From assembly GCA_029556545.1 (NCBI GenBank), contig JAKQEQ010000153.1, positions 43,348-107,347 on the forward strand: 64,000 nt of DNA. The letters run 5' to 3'. Under the pieces are notes generated by a model, which was not told the DNA's origin, did not search any database, and was given only the letters and a program-made list of their open reading frames with translations. Origin of the DNA: Candidatus Hydrogenedentota bacterium (GTDB lineage Bacteria; Hydrogenedentota; Hydrogenedentia; Hydrogenedentales; JAGMZX01). Within the stretch, counting starts at the first letter, position 1. Each line of letters starts with the position of its first letter. Below, one piece after another: positions 1 to 9,217 of the stretch. Position numbers and translations under genes: made by a program.

Positions 1-64
1 CGTCGGATTGCCACGGTCGCTTATCATGGACGTATCATCGCTGATTCGCGGGGTCAATGGAAAT

Positions 65-1405
65 CTATGTGCTGATAATCACGCTCAGCGCCCAGACGGC
101 GATGGCCGCGGTGACGCCCTGCGCGAGGGTGCCGAGGGTCTGAAGCCGGTAGCCTTGGGGTACGCTCCAGCCGGACAACTGGGTCACGACCCAAAAATAG
201 CTGTCGTTCGCGTGGCTCACGACCATCGAGCCCGCGCCGATGGCGACGACGGCCAGGGCGCGGCCGGCGGGCGCATCGAGTCCGAGCGGTTCGAGCAGGG
301 GCGCGACAATGCTCGCCGTGGTCAGGATGGCGACGGTCGAGGAACCTTGCGCGGTCTTGAGCGCCGCCGCGACGAGGAAGGGCAGCCAGAGGCCGAGTTG
401 CGCGCCGCCGAGGCGATCCTGGACGACGCCGGCGATGCCGCTGGTCTCGATCACCTTGCCGAACGCGCCGCCGGCCCCGGTCACAACGATGATGACCGCG
501 GCGGCCACAACAGCCTCCCCGACCCAGCCCTGCACCGAGTAGCGTCCCGGTTCCCGCCGCGCGGGCAGCGTGCACGCCATCAGGACGCCCAACAGCAGCG
601 CGACGGCGGGATGGCCGATGAATTGCACGAAGACGGCGAACTGTCCGTCGCCGAAGGGCTGGGAGGGCAGACTCGCGGCGGATTTCATGACGATGAGCGC
701 CAGGGGGACGACGATGGGCAACGCCGCGCGGCCCGCCGAGGGCGCGTCGGCGGGAGTTTCCGGGGTATCGTGCGGCGCGTCGGACGCGGCGTCAGGGGCG
801 ACACGCGGCGCATAGCAGACCGCGAAGGCCCAACCGGCCAGCAGCGTCACCGCGCTGACGATCAGCCCGAGCAAGATGACCAGTCCGAGGTCCGCGCGCA
901 GGATGCCCGCCGCCGCGACCGGGCCGGGTGTGGGCGGCACCATCGTATGCGTGGCGTACAGCCCGAGACTGAGCGCGATCGCGGCCGCCGCCGTTGAAGC
1001 GCCGGTCTTGTGCGCAAGGGCGCGGCCCAGCGGCGCGAGGATCACGAACCCCGAGTCGCAAAACACGGGCACGCTGACAACATAGCCCATAACGCCCATC
1101 GCCAGCGGCGCGTTGCCGCGCCCCGTGAGGCGAAGCACGCTCTCCGCCAAGCGATAGGCCCCGCCGGAACGTTCGAGGAAGACGCCGATGATCGCGCCGG
1201 CAAGGATCACGATGCCGATCTTGGAAATGGTGTCTCCGAATCCCGAATTGACCGCATCGACCACTTGCTGCAACGAGAGCGTGCCGCAGAGGACGCCATA
1301 GCCAAATGCGGCCACGATGAGCGCGAGAAAGGGATGGAGCTTCAGCACCGTGGTGGCGACGATGATGAAGGCCACGGCGCATACGAGCAGCGCAATGAGT
1401 GCCAT
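65..1405 (-). CDS. GntP-family gluconate/H+ symporter (permease)
   Basis: 446 aa polytopic membrane protein starting MALIALLVCAVAFIIVATT; glycine-rich transport loops typical of the GntP family. ATG start (CAT on the plus strand at 1403-1405), TAG stop at 65-67. Confidence 0.75.
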   Translation of the reverse strand: MALIALLVCAVAFIIVATTVLKLHPFLALIVAAFGYGVLCGTLSLQQVVDAVNSGFGDTISKIGIVILAGAIIGVFLERSGGAYRLAESVLRLTGRGNAPLAMGVMGYVVSVPVFCDSGFVILAPLGRALAHKTGASTAAAAIALSLGLYATHTMVPPTPGPVAAAGILRADLGLVILLGLIVSAVTLLAGWAFAVCYAPRVAPDAASDAPHDTPETPADAPSAGRAALPIVVPLALIVMKSAASLPSQPFGDGQFAVFVQFIGHPAVALLLGVLMACTLPARREPGRYSVQGWVGEAVVAAAVIIVVTGAGGAFGKVIETSGIAGVVQDRLGGAQLGLWLPFLVAAALKTAQGSSTVAILTTASIVAPLLEPLGLDAPAGRALAVVAIGAGSMVVSHANDSYFWVVTQLSGWSVPQGYRLQTLGTLAQGVTAAIAVWALSVIIST

Positions 1406-1493
1406 GAGGTCTCCCGGTCCGGCAAGTACATAGTACGGGCTTGAGCCCGTATCCGGCGCCCTGAAGGGTGCGCTTCGTACCCAGAGAACCGAC

Positions 1494-2714
1494 TTACTGC
1501 ACGAGGCTCGAAAGCTGGAGGATGGGCATGAAGAGGGCGACGACGATGCCGCCGACCACGATGCCCATCATGCCGATCAGCATGGGCTCGATGATGCTGG
1601 TCAGGCTGTCCACGGTCGCGCGCACCTCGGAGTCGTAGAAGTCGCTGATCTTCATGAGCATCTGTTCGAGGGCGCCTGTCTTCTCGCCGACGGCGATCAT
1701 GCGGGTGACCATGGCGGGGAAGACCTCGGAGCGGGCCAGCGGGTCCGCCAAGGTCTCGCCATTGCGCACGCTGTCGCCGGCCTCGTGCACGGCGCGGGCG
1801 TAGACCTCGTTGCCGGCGGTCCGCTCGACGATTTCGAGGGCCTGGAGGATGGGCACGCCACTGCGTGTCAGTGTGCTGAGGGTGCGCGTGACGCGGCTGA
1901 TCGAGACCTTGCTCAGCAGCTTGCCGAAGACGGGCAAGCGGAGCTTGAGCGCATCGAGGTTGTAGCGGCCCGTGGCCGTACGCGCGTACATGCGCAGGAA
2001 GACCACGATACCGACGATCGCGCCGATGATCACGAGCCACGAGATCGGGGTGCGCAGGAAATTGCTCACGTTGATCAGAATCTGGGTCGGCGCGGGCAGG
2101 TCGCGCCCGAAGCTCGCGAAAATCTCGGCGAATTGCGGCACGACCCAGATGATCAGACCGGAAGCGATCAGGATGATCATGCTGAAGGCGACAATAGGAT
2201 ACGTCATCGCCGATTTGATGCGCCGTTTCAGTTCCTCGGTGGCCTCGAGGTAATCCGCCAACTGCATGAGCACGCCATCGAGGTCGCCGCCGGCTTCACC
2301 GGCGCGCACCATGCTCACGTACAGGTCCGGAAATGCGCGCGGGAACTTGCGCAACGCGTCCGAGAAGGTTTCGCCGGACTCGACGTCTTGCCCCACATTC
2401 GTGATGACCCCGGCGAAGTTCACGTCGTCCGTCTGATCCGAAAGGATGTCCAACCCCTGCAGCAACGGCAGACCGGCACTGACAATGGTCGAGAGTTGGC
2501 GCGTGAAAACGAGGAGGTCCGCGGTCTTCACCCGTTTGTTGAGTCGCGCCCCTCCTCCACCGAGGGAGAAGAGGCCTCGCGATTCGGTCAGTGCGTCCAC
2601 CTGCAGGCCCCGCGATTGCAGCGCCTGCGTGGCGGCTTGCCGGTTATCGGCGGTAATGCTCCCGGATTGCTTGGCGCCGTTGGCGGCGCGCGCCGTATAC
2701 TTGAACGTAGGCAT
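1494..2714 (-). CDS. pilC: Type IV pilus assembly / type II secretion platform protein (PilC/GspF family)
   Basis: ORF 1494..2759 translated; GspF-family repeats and three TM segments (…LPLLQGLDILSDQ…, …MIAVGEKTGALEQML…). Start moved to the internal ATG (MPTFKY) at 2714. No pilB or pilT is adjacent. Confidence 0.8.
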   Translation of the reverse strand: MPTFKYTARAANGAKQSGSITADNRQAATQALQSRGLQVDALTESRGLFSLGGGGARLNKRVKTADLLVFTRQLSTIVSAGLPLLQGLDILSDQTDDVNFAGVITNVGQDVESGETFSDALRKFPRAFPDLYVSMVRAGEAGGDLDGVLMQLADYLEATEELKRRIKSAMTYPIVAFSMIILIASGLIIWVVPQFAEIFASFGRDLPAPTQILINVSNFLRTPISWLVIIGAIVGIVVFLRMYARTATGRYNLDALKLRLPVFGKLLSKVSISRVTRTLSTLTRSGVPILQALEIVERTAGNEVYARAVHEAGDSVRNGETLADPLARSEVFPAMVTRMIAVGEKTGALEQMLMKISDFYDSEVRATVDSLTSIIEPMLIGMMGIVVGGIVVALFMPILQLSSLVQ

Positions 2715-3109
2715 ATGCTGGCTCTCCTGCTTCCCATTCCCTCGCCACAGTATAAGCACAATGGTCGATTATGACAAGTATCCTGTTTCCGGCGGGCGCG
2801 CCCCCGTCAAAGACCATGGAAACCGAGGAGCGAGGCGGCCCGCGACGACGTCCGCGCGGCGGAAACGCAATCGGGCCCGCTTGGGACCGACGCGCCGAAG
2901 GGGGTTTGGCGTCAGGTACGGTTCTCTTTCCCGCACGGCGTCGTTCGCAGGCCGCCACTATGGCAAAGAGAGCAAGCGTTATGCCAAGAGGGCGCGTCCC
3001 GCGAGAAGGCCGTACAATGCGGGCGTTGAGGAGGTGGGGGAAACAAGACGCCTCCCCGCCGGTCGTCAAATCGCCTGTTTTCCGGCAGTTTCCGCCAGTG
3101 GTTCGGCGG

Positions 3110-4300
3110 TTACTCGGCGGTTTCCGGCGCTTCGGCCTCCTCGGCTTCGCGCCGCAATTGAAACAGCCCCAATTGCTCGCGGTACAGGCAGAACAGGCCC
3201 ACCGCGAAGACCGGGAACACGTTGATGAGGTGCGCCACGATGGCCACGGCCAATCCCAGGCCCTTTGCCGTCGCGAGGCTGTGTTCCGCCGCCGCGCGCG
3301 GAATCTCGCCAAGCGCCGCGGCCGCCGGTCCCACGTATAGGGAAGTGAATCCCGCGACGGCATGGCCCGCGCATTCTCCGAAGGCATAAGTGGCGGTCAC
3401 GGACGGCATGAGCAGGAGTACGGGAATCGCCACGCCAAAATGAAACTGCCCGATGAACCCAGGCGCGCCGGGGACGCTGATGGCGAGCGCCAGGAAGGAC
3501 ACCACGACGAACGGCGCATACCACGGCAGGTCAAGGCCGAACGCCATGCCGACCGCGGCATACGTCAACACGAAGACCGCCCACGTAAAGAGAGAGAAGA
3601 AGAGGGACTTCGCCATATCGCGCGCCGAGCGGAACACGTGCAGTCCGTCGGCGAAATGCTGGAGCATTTCATGGACCCGCGCGGCGAGGCGTTGCGAGAC
3701 CGCGCCGAGCACGGCGTCGGACAGCCCCAACACGAGGCGCTGCCGAACGTACAGCAGCACGAATGCCCCGACAATCAGCATGATGAACAGCGCCACGCGC
3801 ACGGCGTAGGTGCTCACCAGGTCCGCCGGGATCACGCCCGCATAGATCGAAGGGGGCAGGCGGATGTCGTGGGCGGGCCGGAACGCGACCGCTGCGACCA
3901 GGATCACCGCCATCAAGCCGAACAGGTCCGTCACGCGGTCCAGGGCCACGAACGCCAGCGCGCGGCTGAAATGGAGATTCGCCAGACGCCCGAGGGCCAG
4001 TGCGCGCACGGCTTCGCCCGCGCGCGCAGGCAGCACGAAATTCCCAAGAAACCCAATCTGAGTCGCGCTGAACATGTGCCGGAAGGACACGGGCTTCGCG
4101 GTGCGCACGATGTAGCTCCACCGCTGGATGCGCGTCACGAAGGTGACCAGCACCCCCGCCACGCTCACCCCGATCCAGCACCAGTTCGCCCGCGAAATGG
4201 CTTCGCCCACCGCGCGCCAATCGGTCTCCCGGAAGAGCCACCAGACCAGCGCCGCGCCGATGACCAGCCCCAGGGTAAACTGCGCCTTCTTGTTTTTCAT
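3110..4300 (-). CDS. Flippase-like / lysylphosphatidylglycerol-synthase TM-region family membrane protein
   Basis: 396 aa, about 8 TM helices, MKNKKAQFTLGLVIGAALVWWLF…; resembles the UPF0104/AglD-like TM domain family. Assignment by overall pattern only. Confidence 0.5.
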   Translation of the reverse strand: MKNKKAQFTLGLVIGAALVWWLFRETDWRAVGEAISRANWCWIGVSVAGVLVTFVTRIQRWSYIVRTAKPVSFRHMFSATQIGFLGNFVLPARAGEAVRALALGRLANLHFSRALAFVALDRVTDLFGLMAVILVAAVAFRPAHDIRLPPSIYAGVIPADLVSTYAVRVALFIMLIVGAFVLLYVRQRLVLGLSDAVLGAVSQRLAARVHEMLQHFADGLHVFRSARDMAKSLFFSLFTWAVFVLTYAAVGMAFGLDLPWYAPFVVVSFLALAISVPGAPGFIGQFHFGVAIPVLLLMPSVTATYAFGECAGHAVAGFTSLYVGPAAAALGEIPRAAAEHSLATAKGLGLAVAIVAHLINVFPVFAVGLFCLYREQLGLFQLRREAEEAEAPETAE

Positions 4301-4362
4301 GCAATCCTTCCCCGCCCGTCAGGCGCGGATTATAGCACGGCGGCGCAACCCCGGGGGGCGCG

Positions 4363-6486
4363 CTAGAGCGGCGTCAATAGCGCCGCGTGGGCCTCGGTGT
4401 ATTCCGCGTCCTCATAGACCGTCTGGAACGCGGGCGGCTCGGTGCCCACGAGAAATGCTTCGCGCCATCCGCCGCCGCGCACGCCGCTTTCCCGCTCGAC
4501 GTTCACGAAATGCACCCCCTCGGGCACCGGGAAATCGCGCACGGGAAGGCCCTCGTGCGCGCGAATCATGAATTCGGTCCAAATGGGACAGGCAAGCCGG
4601 CCCCCCGTATAGTCGCGCCCCCGGCCCAGCGGGCTGTTGTCGCGGTAGCCCATCCAGACGACGGCGGTGAAGTCGGGCGTGTAGCCGCAAAACCAGACGT
4701 TGCGGTTCTCGTTGGTGGTGCCTGTCTTGCCGGCGCGCGGCCTGCCGAGCGCGCGCGATCGCGAGCCCGTGCCGTATTCCGCCGCGCCGCGCAAGAGGTG
4801 GGTCATGACATAGGCCACGTTCGCCGGTATGCTGCGTTCGACGCGTTGATCATTGTGGTAGTCGTAACGGGTGAGCCCGTCGCGATTCCGAATCTCGGTG
4901 ATCATTACCGGGTCGTAGCGCACCCCTTCGTTGGCGAAACAGGAATAGGCCACACAGTGATCGAGCACCAGCACGTCCGGCGTGCCCAGGCCGATGGTAA
5001 GGCCCACCACGTCGTCAATGGGCGTCGTGATGCCGCAGCGGCGCAGGAGCGACCGCACCTCGGGCATGCCGACGCGCTCGACCAGCTTGATCGAGATGAT
5101 GTTCACGGATTTTTCGAGGGCGCGCCGCAGCGTGACGGGCCCCTCGAACGTGCCGCTGAAGTTCTGCGGCGTCCACGCCTTTCCCGCCCCATCATAACGC
5201 ACAAAGGGCGCATCCACCTCGACGCTCGATGGCGTGAGCCCCTTCGAGATGGCCACGGTCCACACAAACGGCTTGATGCTCGAACCGGGCTGGCGGCGCG
5301 CCTGCGTTACGGTGTTGTATTTCTGCTTATCGAAGTCTCGACCGCCCACCATCGCGCGGATGAACCCGCGGTACGGCTCCCGGTTGTCGATGCACACCAA
5401 AGCGCCGCTTACCGGCTGGAATTCCTCTTCCTTGCCCGCCCGCGCAAGCTGCGCCATGCGTTGTTCGTCAAAGGCTTCGAGGCCGGCGAGCAGCGTTTCC
5501 TCGGCGGCGCGCTGCAAGCGCATGTCGATCGTCGTGTGCACCTCGAGCCCGTCCCCGAAGACCTCGTCCTTGTCCGTCTGGGCCAGGAGAAGGCGTCGCA
5601 CTTCCTCCGCGAAATACGGCGCCTTGAACCGGTTCGGCCTCCAGAGGCCGTCCCCGCTCGCGGCCAGCGCCAGCCGTTCCTCGGGCGTCACCACGGAGGC
5701 GTCCATGTCCTCCGCCATGGCCGCGTCATACTCGGCTTGGGAGATGAAGCCGTTCTCGAGCATCTGGCCGAGCACCACGCCCCGGCGCGCCAGGGCGGCC
5801 TCGCGATTGGCGAACGGGTTCTGCGAGTTCGGGGCGCGCGTGATGCCGGCGAGGAGTGCCGCTTCGCCCAAGGTGGTCTCGGCGCAGCTCTTGTTGAAGT
5901 ATTGATGGGCGGCGGCCTCGACGCCGTACGCGCTGATGCCGAGGAAAATCTGGTTGAGATAGAGTTCGAGGATTTCGTCCTTGGTGAAATGGCGCTCGAC
6001 CTGCAGCGCCACGATGGCCTCGCGAATCTTGCGATCAAAGGTGACGTCTTGTCCGATCTCGAGCGGCTCGACGTTGCGCACCACCTGCATTGTGATCGTG
6101 CTCGCCCCCCGCATTCTGCCCGTCTGAAAATAGTACAGCAGCGAGTTCAGAATCGCGTCGGGCCGTACCCCCATGTGCTGGTAGAAGATGCCGTCTTCCG
6201 TCGCGAGAAACGCTTTTTGCAGGTGCAAGGGGATATCTGTCAAGCGCACCAACTGGCGCTGTTCCTCCGAGAACTCGCCCAGTAGCTCGCCGTCCCACGA
6301 ATAGAGCTTGCTCCCGATCTTCGGACGGAACTCTTCGAGGACCGCGATGACCGTCTGTGCGTCCTCGAGCACCTTGATAAACACGCTCAGCCCGGCGCCC
6401 CATAGCGCGCCCATGACCAGCATGATCAGGAAAAACAGCGCGCCGCAGCCCCGGCGAAATGTCTCTGGAGCCTGTGTGTCCGACAT
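4363..6486 (-). CDS. mrcA: Class A penicillin-binding protein (PBP1A; transglycosylase plus transpeptidase)
   Basis: 707 aa; N-terminal TM anchor; GT51 motifs (…ATEDGIFYQHMGV…, …RGASTITMQVVRN…); transpeptidase SxxK (…PGSSIKPF…) and KTGT (…RAGKTGTT…) motifs. Confidence 0.9.
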   Translation of the reverse strand: MSDTQAPETFRRGCGALFFLIMLVMGALWGAGLSVFIKVLEDAQTVIAVLEEFRPKIGSKLYSWDGELLGEFSEEQRQLVRLTDIPLHLQKAFLATEDGIFYQHMGVRPDAILNSLLYYFQTGRMRGASTITMQVVRNVEPLEIGQDVTFDRKIREAIVALQVERHFTKDEILELYLNQIFLGISAYGVEAAAHQYFNKSCAETTLGEAALLAGITRAPNSQNPFANREAALARRGVVLGQMLENGFISQAEYDAAMAEDMDASVVTPEERLALAASGDGLWRPNRFKAPYFAEEVRRLLLAQTDKDEVFGDGLEVHTTIDMRLQRAAEETLLAGLEAFDEQRMAQLARAGKEEEFQPVSGALVCIDNREPYRGFIRAMVGGRDFDKQKYNTVTQARRQPGSSIKPFVWTVAISKGLTPSSVEVDAPFVRYDGAGKAWTPQNFSGTFEGPVTLRRALEKSVNIISIKLVERVGMPEVRSLLRRCGITTPIDDVVGLTIGLGTPDVLVLDHCVAYSCFANEGVRYDPVMITEIRNRDGLTRYDYHNDQRVERSIPANVAYVMTHLLRGAAEYGTGSRSRALGRPRAGKTGTTNENRNVWFCGYTPDFTAVVWMGYRDNSPLGRGRDYTGGRLACPIWTEFMIRAHEGLPVRDFPVPEGVHFVNVERESGVRGGGWREAFLVGTEPPAFQTVYEDAEYTEAHAALLTPL

Positions 6487-6575
6487 GATCTCAGCTTATC
6501 ACTCCGGGCATGCCGCCGCAACGGGCGGGCCTGGTCTTTGGGTAGCAGAGTAATCCCGCCGTGCCCGGCAGAGTT

Positions 6576-6962
6576 TCAGGGAAGCCGCGAAGTGCCGGTC
6601 AGCGGGACACGCCACCACCGGCACAGCGCGACCTGGGCGGCGAGCGCGCCCACGGTGTTCGCGACGATATCCAGCGGATCAAAGGACCGCTCCGGGATGA
6701 AATACTGGTGAATTTCGTCGGAGATTCCGTACAGCACGGCGAACGCGAGCGGGACCAGCGCCTGGACCGCCGGGCGCGTGGGCCGGCCCGATCGCCGTAT
6801 ACCGCTGGACACCAGGGCCGCGAGCCCGGCGTAGACCACGACATGGGCGAGTTTGTCCAGGCCCTCGAAACGATAGTCGGTCGGAACCGGCTCCGATTGC
6901 GAGGAAACCCAGAAGATGGCGGCGCAATACAGCGCCGTGAACACGTAATAGCGCGCTTTCAT
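6576..6962 (-). CDS. VanZ-family membrane protein
   Basis: 128 aa, four TM helices, …AHVVVYAGLAAL… …YGISDEIHQYFIPERSFD… pattern typical of VanZ-like proteins. Confidence 0.7.
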   Translation of the reverse strand: MKARYYVFTALYCAAIFWVSSQSEPVPTDYRFEGLDKLAHVVVYAGLAALVSSGIRRSGRPTRPAVQALVPLAFAVLYGISDEIHQYFIPERSFDPLDIVANTVGALAAQVALCRWWRVPLTGTSRLP

Positions 6963-6976
6963 GGCGCCTACCGGTC

Positions 6977-8461
6977 CTACTCGCGGAAGCAGCGGACCGC
7001 GCCGCCCCGCACGTTGAGTTGAAAGGCCCAGAGCGTCCCGTCGACGCCCAATCCGGTCACGTATGCCAGGTCAGGCGTCGCGAGGACGCGCCGCAGCGGC
7101 GTCTCCTGGCTGGATACGCGCCCGAGTGCATCGGTCCGAAACAGCAGCGTCGATCCGCCGCCGCCCGAGAGCATGTCCGCGAGGAGGAGCAGCGCGTCCG
7201 CGGCCTCGCCCAGGCGGATGTCGAGCAGTTCCATCGCCATGTGGAAAGCGCGCGCGGAATCGAGTATCCACAGGTAGCCCGTCAGCGGCAGCAATTCGTC
7301 CGGGTTGCTCAAGTAGAGCTCCGGCGCGATGGTGCGGCGGAGATACCGTTCGCGACGCGGCCCCGCCCGCGCGAGGAGGGCGTCGCGCCGCAGCGCCAAG
7401 TCGGGCCGGGCCGTGAACTGCACGCGCTGGATGATCCTCAGCAATTGGGTCGCCGCGGCCAACGTAAACTCCGGGGCGGCGGTCTGCCCCACGCGCGGGA
7501 TAAACTCGCCGGGGTTGGACGTGACCTCCATCGGGAGAGGCGCTATCTCGAGAATCGGGCGCGACGTGACCAGCCCGAGCTGCGCCGCGTTCGCGCCGAG
7601 CCCGTCCGGGACCAGGACCGCAATTGCCGCGTGCAACTGAGGGGGAAACGCCGCGAGAAGGCTGCCAAGGCTCTGCAACTGCGCCTCATCGAGCGCGCCG
7701 CCGTCGAACAGGAACACGCCGTGCCGCGCATAGAACGGCCCACCGGTACCGGGCAGGATCACGAACTTCACGAACGCGGGCGGCGGCAGGAATGGGCTCA
7801 GCGAGAGCGCCGCTTGAATAGCCGCCTGCAGCCCCGGCGTCCCGGGCGGCGCCAAGAGCAGGCCCAGTTCCAGCGGCGGGGTGAAGGCTTCCCGAAGCGC
7901 CTCCGCGACCGCCTCCATTTGCGGCCCGGCCACCGCCGGCCCCGCGCGATCAAGCCATGCGAGCGCGCGCCCCAAGCTTTCATAATCCGGCGGCGTCTTG
8001 CGCGCCGCCGCCGCGACGGCCTCGAAAGCGAACCGGCACGATGCGGGCGCGCGCGCCGGTCCCGCTGGTATGCCGCCCTCGCGCAGCGCGAACTCCCAGA
8101 ATGCCGCGTGCCCCGCCGTGAACGCGCGCGTCGCGAAGAACTCGACGTAGAACGCGTGCCAGGCGTTCTCCGTGATCGCCGGGTTGTCGATCTCGCCGAT
8201 GATCGTCCTGGCCGCCGTCGCGTTCTCCTGCAAGGCGACGCTATCGAAAGCGTCCCGCAGTTGCGCCGCCTGCTCCGCGGGCAACTCGTCCGTCGGCGTC
8301 TTCTCCTCGGGCGCGGCCTCTTCAGGCGGCTTCGCCGCCTCGTCGAGGGTGTCCGCGGCGGGCGCGTCCGCGGGGGGCTCGGGGACGGTCCCCTGCGCCC
8401 AAGCCGCCGCCGCGATGAAAAGCAGCGGCCACGAAAGCCGCCGCCGCAAGTGCAACCACAT
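6977..8461 (-). CDS. Secreted hypothetical protein (signal peptide; Ala/Pro/Glu-rich N-terminal linker)
   Basis: The ORF runs 6977..9028, but the convincing start is the in-frame ATG at 8461, giving MWLHLRRRLSWPLLFIAAAAWAQG (a classic Sec signal peptide). The region 5' of it is Arg-rich junk. No recognisable domain. Co-oriented with VanZ and PBP1A. Confidence 0.55.
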   Translation of the reverse strand: MWLHLRRRLSWPLLFIAAAAWAQGTVPEPPADAPAADTLDEAAKPPEEAAPEEKTPTDELPAEQAAQLRDAFDSVALQENATAARTIIGEIDNPAITENAWHAFYVEFFATRAFTAGHAAFWEFALREGGIPAGPARAPASCRFAFEAVAAAARKTPPDYESLGRALAWLDRAGPAVAGPQMEAVAEALREAFTPPLELGLLLAPPGTPGLQAAIQAALSLSPFLPPPAFVKFVILPGTGGPFYARHGVFLFDGGALDEAQLQSLGSLLAAFPPQLHAAIAVLVPDGLGANAAQLGLVTSRPILEIAPLPMEVTSNPGEFIPRVGQTAAPEFTLAAATQLLRIIQRVQFTARPDLALRRDALLARAGPRRERYLRRTIAPELYLSNPDELLPLTGYLWILDSARAFHMAMELLDIRLGEAADALLLLADMLSGGGGSTLLFRTDALGRVSSQETPLRRVLATPDLAYVTGLGVDGTLWAFQLNVRGGAVRCFRE

Positions 8462-8573
8462 AAGGCGAGTTTCCTGCAAAGACTGCGTCCGCGATACGCT
8501 CCTATTATCGGTTCGCACGGCGACGCGCCGCAAGTGCGAGCATTCCGCTCGATGTGAGTCCGCAATTCGCCGG

Positions 8574-8603
8574 CTTGACACGCGGCACGAAATAAGATAC
8601 GCT
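8574..8603 (+). promoter_or_regulatory. Candidate sigma-70 promoter for the Fur-family gene (-35 TTGACA, -10 TACGCT)
   Basis: TTGACA at 8574-8579, then an 18-nt spacer, then TACGCT at 8598-8603. Predicted transcription start near 8610. Lies in the divergent intergenic region between the secreted-protein gene (-) and the Fur-family gene (+). Confidence 0.35.
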
Positions 8604-8608
8604 GGCAC

Positions 8609-8625
8609 ATAGGAATTATTCTTAT
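8609..8625 (+). promoter_or_regulatory. AT-rich near-palindrome ATAGGAATTATTCTTAT (candidate Fur/PerR operator overlapping the RBS and start)
   Basis: A 17-bp imperfect palindrome (one symmetric mismatch pair) in an otherwise GC-rich region. It sits at about +1 to +17 of the predicted promoter and overlaps the Fur-family ATG at 8624. Its position is consistent with autoregulation. Confidence 0.3.
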
Positions 8626-9079
8626 GAAACCGGGTCGCGACACCATCGAGCAGCGCATGCGGACCTTCAACGCCGCCTGCGCGCGGCTGGGTATCAAGAT
8701 CACGCATCAGCGCATGGAGATATTTCGCGCCGTGATCTCGACGGAGGAACACCCCGACGCGGAAACGATTCATCGCTGGGTCAAGAAACGGATTCCGACA
8801 ATTTCCCTTGATACGGTATACCGGAATCTTCGGTTGCTCGCGGAAACCGATCTCATTGCGATTGTGGGTATGAGCCAGGAGAACCTTCGCTTCGACGGCA
8901 ACGCCCATCCGCATCATCATTTCGTGTGCGTGCGGTGCGGGATGATCCGGGACTTTGCCTCCAACGCGCCGGATTCTCTGCAGACGCCGAAGACGGCGAG
9001 GGTCTTCGGCGAACCCTTGTCGGTCCACTTGGAGGTCAAGGGGATATGTACCGGGTGCCGGGGCGACGTTAGACGATAA
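8624..9079 (+). CDS. Fur-family transcriptional regulator (PerR-like by context)
   Basis: 151 aa; a DNA-binding winged helix (…ITHQRMEIFRAV…), an HHHF metal site and two CxxC pairs (CVRCG, CTGC) forming a structural Zn site. Sits immediately upstream of catalase, the hallmark of a PerR-type peroxide regulon. Confidence 0.8.
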   Translation: MKPGRDTIEQRMRTFNAACARLGIKITHQRMEIFRAVISTEEHPDAETIHRWVKKRIPTISLDTVYRNLRLLAETDLIAIVGMSQENLRFDGNAHPHHHFVCVRCGMIRDFASNAPDSLQTPKTARVFGEPLSVHLEVKGICTGCRGDVRR

Positions 9080-9217
9080 GAGGGGGCTTGGGGGGCGTCA
9101 AGGACAAGGAAGGCCGCGATATGGCGGCGGCCCTTGTGCGAAGGTGCGGTCTTGAGCAGTTCAAGGTTCCGGCGTAGCATGGAACGCCACAACCATAACG
9201 GCAAGAGGAGTATAGCC

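Noticed and set aside
2715-3109. 395-bp gap upstream of pilC, including plus-strand ORF 2771..3340 (189 aa).
   Set aside because: The ORF is Arg/Pro/Gly-rich with no RBS or motif. The region is most likely the promoter and leader of pilC plus the 3' flank of the flippase-like gene.
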